Shown one piece after another: positions 48,314-59,015 of a DNA stretch of 64,000 bases. Below the pieces are notes generated by a model that was not told the origin of the DNA, searched no databases, and was given only the letters and a program-made list of their open reading frames with translations. The translations under genes and the position numbers were made by a program. Positions within the stretch are counted from its first letter, which is position 1; the number at the start of each line of letters is the position of its first letter. The DNA is from a virus (taxonomy: Duplodnaviria > Caudoviricetes): positions 124,934 through 188,933 of IMG/VR virus record IMGVR_UViG_3300020576_006967; one strand, written 5' to 3'.

Positions 48314-49660
48314 TACTTAAATGTCTTTCTGCAAATACTTAATTAATACATCAAAATCTTTACCACTAAAACTACTACAAATTCTAACACGACTCTTGTC
48401 ATTATGAAAAAATACAATATAGCCTCTTACTGAAGATGAACCAAATGATTTGAAAGTTTCTCCAGCATTAAATTTGGTATTAAACTTACCTTTGATGACA
48501 TAAACAAATACAATAACAAGGCTATTCATAAACATTTCTCTCTACTTCGTGATAAGATTGATTTACCAGACGAAAAAGAACATGAACCAGATCTTAAAAA
48601 AGAAATCGCCAAAATACTTTTTGATGCGGCTCAAGAACAAAAACTCAATTTAAGCGAATATGATGTTAAACGGATAATTGAAGACGTATTTGAACTTAAA
48701 CATATGTATTATTCATTCTACTACGGATTCAAATTGTATTGTGTTAAAGTAATCTATGGTCAATATGACCTTTATAATGGAACACCACATAGGAAAATAC
48801 TTGAAGAAGCGGTTAAAATCATGTCAAATGGAACAAAAAATGTATATTCATCAAGAGGAGCCATTGACACTAGAGAAGAATTAGATATTTCTGAAGAAAT
48901 ACCAGAAACAATACAAGAAGGTAAATTCGGCAATTGTTACTACGTATACCACAAACGCCATGAATTTGATTCAAATTATGAACTTACATCTTTTAATCTA
49001 GATAATTTACAAATAAACGCTCAGCCGTAAGGCTTTATAATCCATTACATGTCAAATATCGACTCAATACAACAACAAATCAATTCCCTATCCAAAGATG
49101 GCGGCATAGGTATAAAACTATCTGGATACCCAACCAATGAGAAAAAGTTTACCTGGATACTAGCCCAAGAAGGTTGCCACCCAAATGCTACACAAAGAAT
49201 ACTAGATAGAATGAAACCAATAGGTTACGATCTACTCACCGTAATGGATAGACTAAACTTCTATTGGCTCATTTCACAACTAAAAGGAATCGAAGTCACT
49301 CTAACCATAATTAAACCATCTGAACACTATATCTTAAAAGATGAAGGCAAATGGCCCAAAGAATACCTGCCCGATTTTAAAAACTGGACAATTGGTAAAA
49401 CCAAACCTTTATATAAACCATAAAAACTAAATGCAAATGCTACCAGAAAAATTACACATAGAACAAATTAACCGCTTCCATAAGAAACTCGAAACACTGA
49501 GCAAACAAATAGAAACCGAACCTGATAAAGAAAAACAAGGCAAGCTCTCTATGCAATACTACCTCCTAACCAAACTTTGGGAAAAACTAGATGATTTCAT
49601 AGAGTTTACCCTAAAACATGAACTTGATGTAATGGATAATCAAACAGATAAATTATAAGC

Positions 49661-49918
49661 TCAGCCGTTGGAACCTATTACACGCTCCACATATTTGAAT
49701 TCGTACTTCGTGTCACCACGGAAAAGATAAAACTTGTCATCAATATAACAAGCATGTGATAAATGAACATGAACACCATCTGGGTCAAAAGACAATATAC
49801 GGCTTTTAATTGTGGTCCCAGGTAAGAATACATTATCGCCAACATTTAAAATAACGCCAGCTCTATTCCTCCTTTTTGATTTGATTAACCAATCACTTAT
49901 GTGCAATACCTCTTCCAT
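49661..49918 (-). CDS. MEVL-tag paralog
   Basis: MEEVLHISDWL. Confidence 0.65.
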   Translation of the reverse strand: MEEVLHISDWLIKSKRRNRAGVILNVGDNVFLPGTTIKSRILSFDPDGVHVHLSHACYIDDKFYLFRGDTKYEFKYVERVIGSNG

Positions 49919-50180
49919 CAATACCAAACCATTCTAAATCATTTATATTGACTTTTACCACATTTATGTTTAAATCTAAAATCCCCACATCAATACAGTT
50001 TTTATCAAATCCTACAATAGGCATAAGATCACTTGACTTACCAATACTAACTCTATGATTTATACCAAAAATTATTCCGTCATTTAAACGTATTGCCGTT
50101 CTTTCATTTGTGCCAATAAACCTGAACTGTTTTTTTTTAGAAGCATATAACCAATCTTCTATATGTAATACCTCTTCCAT
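49893..50180 (-). CDS. MEVL-tag paralog
   Basis: MEEVLHIEDWL..QFRF..RLNDG, with TATCTTTG just upstream. Confidence 0.7.
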   Translation of the reverse strand: MEEVLHIEDWLYASKKKQFRFIGTNERTAIRLNDGIIFGINHRVSIGKSSDLMPIVGFDKNCIDVGILDLNINVVKVNINDLEWFGIDGRGIAHK

Positions 50181-51268
50181 ATAAACAAAGATATAAATTA
50201 ACCCAGACAAATGCAACCATAATTATAGGGAGAGTTTATAGGGAGAATTTGATTTCACGAAATGTCGGTACATAAGAGGGAAGAGAATGGCTTATTAAAT
50301 TATACACACCAAATCATTCACATCCACCACCCCCCCATTATATACCGACATTTATTTAATAAGATAATGGGGAGAGTTTATAGGGAGAATTAACCTATCT
50401 AAATAGGGAGAGATCACCTAATTATTTGCATGAAATTTCATTAAAAATTCATGCAAAATTTAAGAGCTTTTTTATCAAAAATTAAACCCAGTTTTTTGCC
50501 ACTAATTAAGGGCCTTATTTCCCGAAGGGAGAGGTCGAAAAATACCAACGAAATTAGGGAGAATTTAAGGGTTGATTCTGGGCAATTCTACCACTTTCTA
50601 CCACCATTTCCCACAAGAACGTAAAATGTGTAAAATACAAGTGGTTGAGGGAGAGGGGGTTAGGTGGGAAAAGTTTCGTTTTGTGGATTTGGATTTTGGG
50701 TTCCTGTTCTGCGCTGATAATGAGCACCTTACAGTTTGTCGTTTTTGCACCCTTGATTTTTGTAAAATTTCGATGGTTGTTGCGTTATGTATAGTAACAC
50801 GCTACGCTCTTGTGCTGTTTGTATAACTTAACACTGTGTTTACCAGTATCATACGAAAATAGTTCTTACCAGAAATTGCCAGATAAAAACCCAGACGAAT
50901 TTTCCAAGAAAAGCTAGACAAAACTAGACGATAAAATTTAATATTTTTTTAGAATAAAAAAGGTCATAATTATCCCATGAATTACAGGGGTGTAATTGTG
51001 TGTTAAAATGGTGTAATAAAAATGGCGCATAAACAAAAAGGCCAGAGGTCCCAAATTTTTCATTGGGCAGCACTCTGGACAGTTTTGTGCTCTTCCTTTT
51101 GTCATCACCCTTGCGAATGTGACACGAATAGGCGTGGATTATAGTATACGTTAAAGGGGGTGGAAGGTTGCAGATTTCAACAAAAAAAGTTTGGGGTAGG
51201 GGCGGATTAACCCTGCCCATTGTCTGGGGGTGGCTTCCACTTAATAAGGTGTCTTGCTTCCTGTTGAC

Positions 51269-51485
51269 TATATAGGGATGGAATTAAAAAAAGAATATTT
51301 GGTAACTGGAAGTAACTTACATTTTTGTTACCTTTTACTTACGAAAGTAATAGGCACCAATTATATAGGGATGGAATTAAAAAAAGAATATTTGGTAACT
51401 GGAAGTAACTTACATTTTTGTTACCTTTTACTTACGAAAGTAATAGGCACCAATTATATAGGGTTGGAATTAAAAAAAGAATATT
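51269..51485. repeat. 93-bp tandem direct repeat (about 2.3 copies), each copy carrying a class B promoter
   Basis: Units start at 51269, 51362 and 51455; the first two are identical. Confidence 0.95.
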
Positions 51486-51589
51486 CTGGTACGATCTGAT
51501 TCGATATGAGACGATAATGGTACGAAAAAAGTTAAATAATAATTTACATTACTACTTTACTTTTTTAAATATTTTGTTTATATTTTAAT

Positions 51590-52177
51590 ATGATAAAAGA
51601 AAAACAAGAACTTTGGATTAAATTTTTACAAAGCGGTAAATATCGAATTAATCCTGAATTGGGTAAAATAGAAACTTATAGACCAAAATTAAAAGCATGG
51701 CTTCCTTTAGTTGGGAACAAATTACCAGCTGGCTATATTCAGCACAGTTTAAATTTAGGATTAAGAAGCGGTCAATACTTGTGTATTTATGAACACGTGG
51801 CTATTTGGATTGGAGTTAATGGAATATATAAACCTGGATTAGTTGTTAATCATTTAGATTTTAATAGGTCAAACAATATAATTACAAACTTAGAAATTTG
51901 TACTCAACAAGAAAATGTAAATTATAGTAAGCCAAAAATCGAATTTAAAGAAAAAGATGAATTTAATCAAAAACCTGATATAGAGATAATAGAGGTATAT
52001 AAACAAGTTAGCAAACCAAAATTAATTCGAAACAACGAAATTAAGCAGATCAGAACATTGTTGTCTGAGGGTGAAAATCAAACAGCAATTGCACTAAAGT
52101 TAGATTTAAACCGATGTGCTGTTAATTATATTTGTCAAAAAATTAAAGCTGGTGAATCACTTAAATATGAAATATGA
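51590..52177 (+). CDS. HNH homing endonuclease with C-terminal HTH
   Basis: VVNHLDFNRSNNIITNLEICTQQEN and QTAIALKLDLNRCAVNYI. Confidence 0.85.
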   Translation: MIKEKQELWIKFLQSGKYRINPELGKIETYRPKLKAWLPLVGNKLPAGYIQHSLNLGLRSGQYLCIYEHVAIWIGVNGIYKPGLVVNHLDFNRSNNIITNLEICTQQENVNYSKPKIEFKEKDEFNQKPDIEIIEVYKQVSKPKLIRNNEIKQIRTLLSEGENQTAIALKLDLNRCAVNYICQKIKAGESLKYEI

Positions 52178-53114
52178 CTTTAAAAAGTTATTAACAGGCA
52201 TTTTTATTTGTACAAATGTTAAAATTATTTTTATTTAATCTACTGATAATCAATTAAATAAAATTGTTAAATTTCTATTTAACATAACGTTCCTTATGTA
52301 CCGAACTATATTTTAACAATTTATGGCATGATTTTAGTTTATTTAGAATGATTCTAAGCTCAGAATATAAGGCAGGGGCGGATTATCCTCGCCCAGTCTG
52401 TCTCAAGTGGGGGCCGATCTTTGATCTGATATTATAGGGATGGAACAAAAAAAAGAATATTGGGTATAAAAAAACCTCGATCAAAAACCCTGTGTATGAA
52501 GCAGGGGAAAAATAGATCGAGGTTTAAGCATGAAAACAAAAAAAATAGAAGAGCCAACCTTTGTAGTGCATCAACCTAGAGTGACTAATTCTGGGCGAAT
52601 ATGTTGTCTTGTTTTTTTAGTTTATGGATTAAAGTTAAACAATCTTCGGGCACATTCCAAATAATTTAACAATTTATTTAAAAAAATTTTTATCTAGGAT
52701 AAAACAAAACCCCTAGATTTCTCCAGGGGTTTCGCCAGCTCAGCGGACCAGGTATCCGAGGAGTTGTGATTGCCACATTGACCAGGTTTTCACCAGGACC
52801 AGGCTACGTTAGATTGATGCCATAACTATAATATTCCTCACCTGGGCATCTATGGCAGGTGTCCTATTGCTAGGATTCAGGAATGTTTTTATTTAGTTTA
52901 AAGAATAATCTAGTTTTAAATCTTTCTAGAATTCTTCTTTGTTTGTGTAGATTTTCCAGGTGTTCTAGTTTTTCTGGGATCTCTGAAAGTTTAGGTCTTT
53001 TAATTAGACGTTTGTGTTGTTTATCAATAAGGGTTATATCCTCATCAACTTGTTTAATACGCATTTTTAATCTAAGCCTTCTGAACATATTACAAATATT
53101 CATTTTATTTTAAG

Positions 53115-53184
53115 TGCCGATAGATGGAATCGAACCATCCCCACCGTGGGGTTAGAATCCAGGGGGCTTACTCGTCGTACCGAC
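53115..53184 (-). tRNA. Degenerate tRNA-like element (possible CUA anticodon)
   Basis: Acceptor GTCGGTA/TATCGGC-A and T arm GATGG-TTCGATT-CCATC. D and anticodon arms are poor. Confidence 0.4.
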
Positions 53185-54595
53185 TTTTATTTAATCTCCT
53201 TTAGCAAATCTATAAATTAGGTACAGCGGCCAGAATGTGATATTCATTGTAGATGAAAGTTGTTTTCCAGAATCCCACATTCCGCCGAAGAACCATGCGT
53301 TCAAAGATAATAAAACAATTCCTAAAATCCAAATGGCGGCGATGATAATTAAAGTTGTGATCATGTTTACTGGGTTTTTACTGGGTTTAAGTTGCTTATA
53401 ATTACTCTTGTATTAACTTCAGGTTCTTTAGAATCTCCTGCAGTCAGCGTATTATATAAAGAATAGGATTCTGATAAATTTTCTGTAAATAATTTAGAGT
53501 TCCAAATTGTTTTATTTGTGAACAAATTTACGCACATTTGTTCAACTGAATAAAATACAGTTTCTTTGCCAATATGAATCCTGGTAATTTCTTCAATTTT
53601 ATAGAATTCAGTGTTTTTCCATATTAACTTATCTGTTATAAAAATTGAAAGCACTAAAGCTAAAGACGAACCAAATGCAAAAGCAAGAAAATTTTCTGGA
53701 TATGAATTTGTATTTAATGTACAATAAATCAAAAAAGCAGCAGTACTAAACATAGCTAAAATGCTTGCGGCGACTAATATTTTTGTTTTCATTTAAAATA
53801 AAGAATTAAGGTTAACTACTACAGCTTCGGACACATTATCGTATCCACCTTCTCCATTACCATCTCCAGCCATTTTACGTTTAAGTTTTTCGGCGGCGAC
53901 ATATGTCATTGTTTCTTGCATTGTGCAGATGGTACCTTTATTGTTTTTATAAACCACGGTCCATACTTGTTTATTAGTTTCTGCGGCGTAATTGATGAGG
54001 AGTGTTTCTATTTGGCGTTTTTGTTCAGACCAAAGAACTTGACCTTTTTTTGCTTTAACGGCAATAAACCAATTTGAATGTTCTTTCCAAAGGCGATTCC
54101 AATCAATGTGAATTGTTGTCGAGCTTTCGAATAGGTTTTGGATTACTTGGCGCTGATCGTTCCAAGAGATGACAATACCGCCTAGTGTTCTTTTATCGAA
54201 CCACTTTTGGAAGGCGATCCAAGTAGATTTAAATTTAAAGTTGATTGTTGTTTTCATATCTTACATAGTTATACGTAAGTAGTTATGAAAGGTTTCACAA
54301 ATCGTCGTATTCTTCTAATAAATTTTGAAATAAATTTTCTATTTCATTTTTGATATCGGATGTAAAATCGTCATCGGGTGTTTCTGATATGAACACCATG
54401 ATTTCACGGGCGCTGGAGATAACATTTTCTATAGATTTAGAAGCATGTACATCATTATAAATTCCTTCGATTGCTTCAGAAAGAATTTGATCCTCAAGTT
54501 GTGAGCAGAGGTCGAAAATTTCGTCTAGGATTTTTTTTGTTGATTTAAGGTCCATTAGGTTTTATGAATCTAAATTAAATAGATTCATAAAAACA

Positions 54596-54625
54596 AAAAA
54601 CCCATGGTTTGTGGCCATGGGTTTT
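54596..54625 (-). terminator. Intrinsic terminator after the sigma gene
   Basis: AAAAACCCATGG-TTTGTGG-CCATGGGTTTT. Confidence 0.8.
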
Positions 54626-54644
54626 AAAAAAGTTAATTTTTGTT

Positions 54645-55364
54645 TTATGCAACTGGTACTTCAGTGATAATCTCATCAGCTTCCACTTCAACTGGTTGAT
54701 CTTTTTTTCTTCCTTTGAATGCTGTTGAATCAAAACCTTTAGAGATTATATACTTTCTGATAAGCGTTTCTGCTCTGTAGTTGTTGGCTTTATAAGTGCC
54801 AACTGGCATATTTAATTTAGCGCAAATTTCGTTTCCTGATAATTGTTCGATGTATTTCATATAAACAATATCACGCATTACGCTTTTTTTGATGCTAGCG
54901 ATAGCTTTGTGTACCAATGCTGCATTTTCTTTTGCAGTTAAAACTTCGATACCATTTTTAAAGTTGGTATCTTTGAATTGAAAGCTTTTATCTTTGAATG
55001 AATCAGAATCGCCATTTAATGTTGGTTTCATTGAATCAAATCTAATGATTTCATGTTTTTGTTTTCTGATATGATCAATCAAAGCGTTTTTAGCGATGGC
55101 GTATAACCAAGTGGAGAAGTTTGTAGATCCATCATAAGTATGTATAGATCTCCACACTTTTGTAAATGTTTCTTGCATTACATCTTCGGCATCTTCTTGG
55201 TTGCATTTAAGTTTGCCTTTTAAATCAAACAACAAGCCTTCTTTTCTGTTTTTGTACAATTCGTTAAAAGCTGTTTGAATTTTATCTTCTTGTCCGCTTT
55301 GGATAATTGCGATAAGTACTTTTTCTCTTTCTGCAGTTGCTTTATTTAAAGTGTTGTTTTTCAT
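54645..55364 (-). CDS. ECF (RpoE-like) RNA polymerase sigma factor
   Basis: Region 2 DAEDVMQETFTKVW..FSTWLYAIAKNALIDHIRK and region 4 LSGNEICAKLNMPVGTYK. Confidence 0.9.
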   Translation of the reverse strand: MKNNTLNKATAEREKVLIAIIQSGQEDKIQTAFNELYKNRKEGLLFDLKGKLKCNQEDAEDVMQETFTKVWRSIHTYDGSTNFSTWLYAIAKNALIDHIRKQKHEIIRFDSMKPTLNGDSDSFKDKSFQFKDTNFKNGIEVLTAKENAALVHKAIASIKKSVMRDIVYMKYIEQLSGNEICAKLNMPVGTYKANNYRAETLIRKYIISKGFDSTAFKGRKKDQPVEVEADEIITEVPVA

Positions 55365-55398
55365 GATGTAAGTTTTATATTTATATTGTTTATGATGA

Positions 55399-55427
55399 TA
55401 TAGGGACGTATTTAAAAAAAGAATATT
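55399..55427 (-). promoter_or_regulatory. Class B phage promoter (AATATTCTTTTT-N-TCCCTATA on - strand), 12 copies
   Basis: On + it reads TATAGGG-N-AAAAAGAATAT at 51271, 51364, 51457, 52433, 55399, 55700, 56542, 60374, 61502, 62186, 62886 and 63618. The eight from 55399 onward directly precede - strand ORFs. Confidence 0.85.
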
Positions 55428-55727
55428 TGGTTATAAGAGTATCATATTTGTTGTTGTTCCGCCTAATGTTCTTTGCACTGTACCTGGATCGCTTTTTATG
55501 ATTCCTTTTTTCAACATTGCTTTGGCCGTCATCTGGTGAACCGAGTCGCCATCTCTGAATCTATAGGAAATATAGTTCTTGTTGGTTACCTTGCTATTTA
55601 ATGAGGATCCTGGTTTCATAAATGTAGAAAACTTGATCAGCGTTCCGCCGAGCTTCATTTTTTCAATTATTTCTTCTTGAGTTAAGTATTTCATATCCTT
55701 ATAGGGATGTATTTAAAAAAAGAATAT

Positions 55728-56534
55728 TTAGGTTTTGTTTTTATTTGTATCCACCAATTGTTGTACTGTTTTTGTCAGTTCTTCAATTTTAGCTTCAAGT
55801 CCTTTGTTATTATCATCAACCATTGCATCAACGAAAATTGAATTAACGATTGCTAATCCTATAACGCCGCCTACGAACATGAGCAAAGAGAAATAGATCC
55901 TGGCGAATGTTCCCATTGCTGCGTTGCTATGGGCTGCTATAAATTCTGGTATTGTATTCCAGCCTTCCACTGTAAAGATCTGGAACATTGTAAACACGGA
56001 TGAGAGTGGCGTGCCAAAATGTTCTGGGTCCACTTTTTTAAAGATTGAGCAGGATAATATAGAAAAGATAAACAGCATGGTAAAGAAGCCAAAGAAAATT
56101 AAGTAAGATGATTTAAAAGCTTTGGCCACACCTGGGATAACTGAATCAATACGAGGAAAGAATTTTAACAGTCTGAAGAACTTGAATACTCTAAACACTC
56201 TAAAGACCAGGAGAAAATCCAGATCAAATATAAAACCAGTAAATAGTGATGGGATAGAAATTGCCACCAGGAAGAAGTCTAGCTTATTCCAATTTGTGCT
56301 AATATACACTTTAAATGTTCTAGTTTGTGATTTAAAAAAGATTTCCAGAATAAAGAATACGGTAAATAAACTTTCGATTGTGCTTAGGAAAGGGTTATTT
56401 ACATTGAACTCCTGAAGGCATATGACTGCTGTGTTTAATATAATTAAAAACAAAATGAATTCATTGTTCATTAACAGCTCATGAGACTTATCATAAATTC
56501 GTCTAGCAACATTTGTAAAGAATTGTTTAATCAT
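55728..56534 (-). CDS. Voltage-gated cation channel (bacterial Nav/Cav-like, 6TM ion transporter)
   Basis: WNKLDF (S3), S4 FRVFRVFKFFRLLK, pore FQIFTVEGW and C-terminal coiled coil. Confidence 0.9.
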   Translation of the reverse strand: MIKQFFTNVARRIYDKSHELLMNNEFILFLIILNTAVICLQEFNVNNPFLSTIESLFTVFFILEIFFKSQTRTFKVYISTNWNKLDFFLVAISIPSLFTGFIFDLDFLLVFRVFRVFKFFRLLKFFPRIDSVIPGVAKAFKSSYLIFFGFFTMLFIFSILSCSIFKKVDPEHFGTPLSSVFTMFQIFTVEGWNTIPEFIAAHSNAAMGTFARIYFSLLMFVGGVIGLAIVNSIFVDAMVDDNNKGLEAKIEELTKTVQQLVDTNKNKT

Positions 56535-56618
56535 ATTTGTCTATAGGGACGTGTTAAAAAAAAGAATATCTAGACAAATGTAAGTATTATTTTACATTGC
56601 CCGAAGTTTTTTAACAAT

Positions 56619-56774
56619 TTATTTTTTAGACAAATTATACAAACGTATAAACCCAAGAGGAGACGGATCAATTTTTGGTATTGGCACATTAAACGGATCA
56701 TTGTGATCTGGTCTAGGTGTAATAACAGGTTTGGTGTCTGGTTTTGTTATAGGTTCTATTGTTATAGGTTCCAT
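56619..56774 (-). CDS. Small proline-rich peptide (51 aa, not in ORF track)
   Basis: MEPITIEPITKPDTKPVITPRPD..., hand-translated; overlaps the end of the upstream ORF. Confidence 0.45.
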   Translation of the reverse strand: MEPITIEPITKPDTKPVITPRPDHNDPFNVPIPKIDPSPLGFIRLYNLSKK

Positions 56775-57811
56775 GAGTCGATGAGGTTTTTAGCTTCTAG
56801 TTTTTTGTCTATTATATTTCTAAACAACACAACTAATTCATTATAAGATAGTTGTGTTAAATTTGATATAAGTCTTGGTATTTGATCGTTATTAATGTTG
56901 GCAGTTTCCAATAAATCTACCCAAAGAGTAGGCGATAAAAGATAATGATATGGTTCGTTTATATGATTATCTGCTTTGGAGTAATAGTATTCCAACTCTA
57001 TTTCTGAGTATTCTTTTGGGATGCCTGAAGCAAACAGATAATTCATAAGTCCTTTTTGAAGTTCGTGTAACATTACTGGGAAGTTTATAGATTCTGTTTC
57101 TATGTTAGCTCCAAAACCTTGAGTTCTGTTAAATTTAACTTTACTAAATCCTTGTGTTATCATTTTAGAATCAATAATATCTTCCATTAAATCATCTGGG
57201 TTCATAAACCAGAGTGCTATTCCAATTGAGGCTGTGTATTGATTATAAAGCTCTTTTAAATCTGGGTCCAATAAGTTTATTTTTTCTGCTATCATATGGT
57301 GTAGTCCTTTCCATATGTTCATTGAACTTCCATGTATTAAACCTATAAAAACTTCTCTTTTTTTTATTTGGTCCAACATTTTATTTTTTTGTTCAAGAGT
57401 AAGCTCAAGAAATGGTTTTGGATTATTATCTTGCTCAGAATTAAAATCAAGCCCAGGTCTTATAATTGCCTTAAGGTTAATATAGTCTGGTATGTTATAA
57501 ATTTCTTTTATTAAACTAATTCCAATTTCTTCTAATTGTTTTCTGATTGGCTTTTCTTTTTTTACAATTAATTGTTGAATACCCGCTATTCTAGTCATAC
57601 ATTGTTCAAGTTTAACATTTGTGTTCCTTGATTTAAATAATTCTAGACATTTATTAAACTCTTTGTAGGCTAAATATTCTGGTTTATAATTATAAACCAG
57701 ATTCATATCAAATGGAAACATTCCAGAATCCATACGTTTAATTATTTGCTTATGTGGAGCATGAGATAGTGAAGAAATAAGAACGCTAAATTTTTTTCCT
57801 GTTGATTTCAT
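56762..57811 (-). CDS. Hypothetical protein (349 aa)
   Basis: Long ORF with no recognised motif. Confidence 0.6.
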   Translation of the reverse strand: MKSTGKKFSVLISSLSHAPHKQIIKRMDSGMFPFDMNLVYNYKPEYLAYKEFNKCLELFKSRNTNVKLEQCMTRIAGIQQLIVKKEKPIRKQLEEIGISLIKEIYNIPDYINLKAIIRPGLDFNSEQDNNPKPFLELTLEQKNKMLDQIKKREVFIGLIHGSSMNIWKGLHHMIAEKINLLDPDLKELYNQYTASIGIALWFMNPDDLMEDIIDSKMITQGFSKVKFNRTQGFGANIETESINFPVMLHELQKGLMNYLFASGIPKEYSEIELEYYYSKADNHINEPYHYLLSPTLWVDLLETANINNDQIPRLISNLTQLSYNELVVLFRNIIDKKLEAKNLIDSWNL

Positions 57812-58913
57812 TTAAAAATTGATTTAATTTTTTTTGTAAATTATCTGTATACTTTATTCTATATAAGATTATATTTTTTTCTTGACAATATTTATTTTTT
57901 ATTGCATCATTTTTTTGTATTTGTTCTAGTTTGTTTTTAGCGTTTTGATCTTCTTTTAAGCGCCAAGTTTCAAAGTGTTGTTCTCCATCGAATTCAATAC
58001 ATAAATTGTATTCTGGTAAATAAAAATCAAAAGGGAGAGCCCTCTTGTTTATACATTCATCAAATTTTTGTTGTTTATTAAACAAAATTTTATTCTGTTT
58101 TAAAAAAGAAGATATAAATTTTTCACCCTTAGACTCATTACAGGTTGGACATCCACTACCCATGGTATGATGTGATGGGGACTGTGAAAATTCACCATGC
58201 TCACTGCATATTATTACAACTTTATTCTTGTTTGTTTTATAATAAACTTTTGAATAATCATATTTATCTCCGTGTATTAACTTACTTTTATTTATAAATT
58301 CTTCTTGAGTTAATTTTGAAGTGCCGCCACACTTTGGGCAACCTCCTCCTAACAAATGAACATTTGGTTTTTGTTTAAATTCTCCATGAATTTTACAAAT
58401 AATAGAAACTGGAATTGAATTTTTCGCATAATCTACTTTGTCATATAAGTATTTGTCGTTGTGTGTTTTTACAGCTGAGTTTATAAATTTTTCTTTATTG
58501 GAAGTTATTTTTTTGCCACCTTCTTTGTGACCACACTTTGGACAGCCACTGCTTTTTATGTGAGTTTTTGGAGTTTGGAAAAAAGAGCCGTGTTCAGGAC
58601 AAATAATTTTACAGGGAGACTCGTACATTTTATAAAATTCTTGATCATATTTAAATTTATTTCCATGTTTTTTATTGGCTCTTTTAAAAAAAACTTCAAA
58701 GCTAATTGATTTATTTTTACCAGCTTTAATTCTACCACACACTGGACATCCTTGTCCACTTATATGAGCTGCTGGGGTTTGTGTAAATTGTCCGTGTTCT
58801 TTACAAATAATATTAACTTTAGTTAAACGATCTACATAGTTTAAATTAGAATAATTATATGAATTACCATGAGATTTTTTAAATTCAATTATTATTTCTT
58901 TCTCAGTTCTCAT
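57786..58913 (-). CDS. Free-standing homing endonuclease (four zinc-ribbon repeats plus PD-(D/E)XK-like domain)
   Basis: HG..Y.YS..IICxxHGxFxQ..H..G.GCPxC repeated four times, then PFDFYL..IEFDGEQHF. Confidence 0.8.
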   Translation of the reverse strand: MRTEKEIIIEFKKSHGNSYNYSNLNYVDRLTKVNIICKEHGQFTQTPAAHISGQGCPVCGRIKAGKNKSISFEVFFKRANKKHGNKFKYDQEFYKMYESPCKIICPEHGSFFQTPKTHIKSSGCPKCGHKEGGKKITSNKEKFINSAVKTHNDKYLYDKVDYAKNSIPVSIICKIHGEFKQKPNVHLLGGGCPKCGGTSKLTQEEFINKSKLIHGDKYDYSKVYYKTNKNKVVIICSEHGEFSQSPSHHTMGSGCPTCNESKGEKFISSFLKQNKILFNKQQKFDECINKRALPFDFYLPEYNLCIEFDGEQHFETWRLKEDQNAKNKLEQIQKNDAIKNKYCQEKNIILYRIKYTDNLQKKLNQFLNEINRKKI

Positions 58914-59015
58914 ATAAATAAATATAATAAAAAAATAGAAAAAAAACAAATTCCTAATCATTATTTTTTTAAACAAAAAAACCCCGCTTGTTAGACGGGG
59001 AGAGTTTGTTTTTTA

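Noticed and set aside
50225-50246. TATAGGGAGA resembles the T7 promoter start
   Set aside because: The upstream TAATACGACTCAC is absent. Related words belong to the class B motif, which is oriented toward minus-strand genes.
51254-51499. 81-aa ORF with an internal peptide repeat
   Set aside because: It is a by-product of the 93-bp (31-codon) DNA tandem repeat of promoter-bearing sequence.
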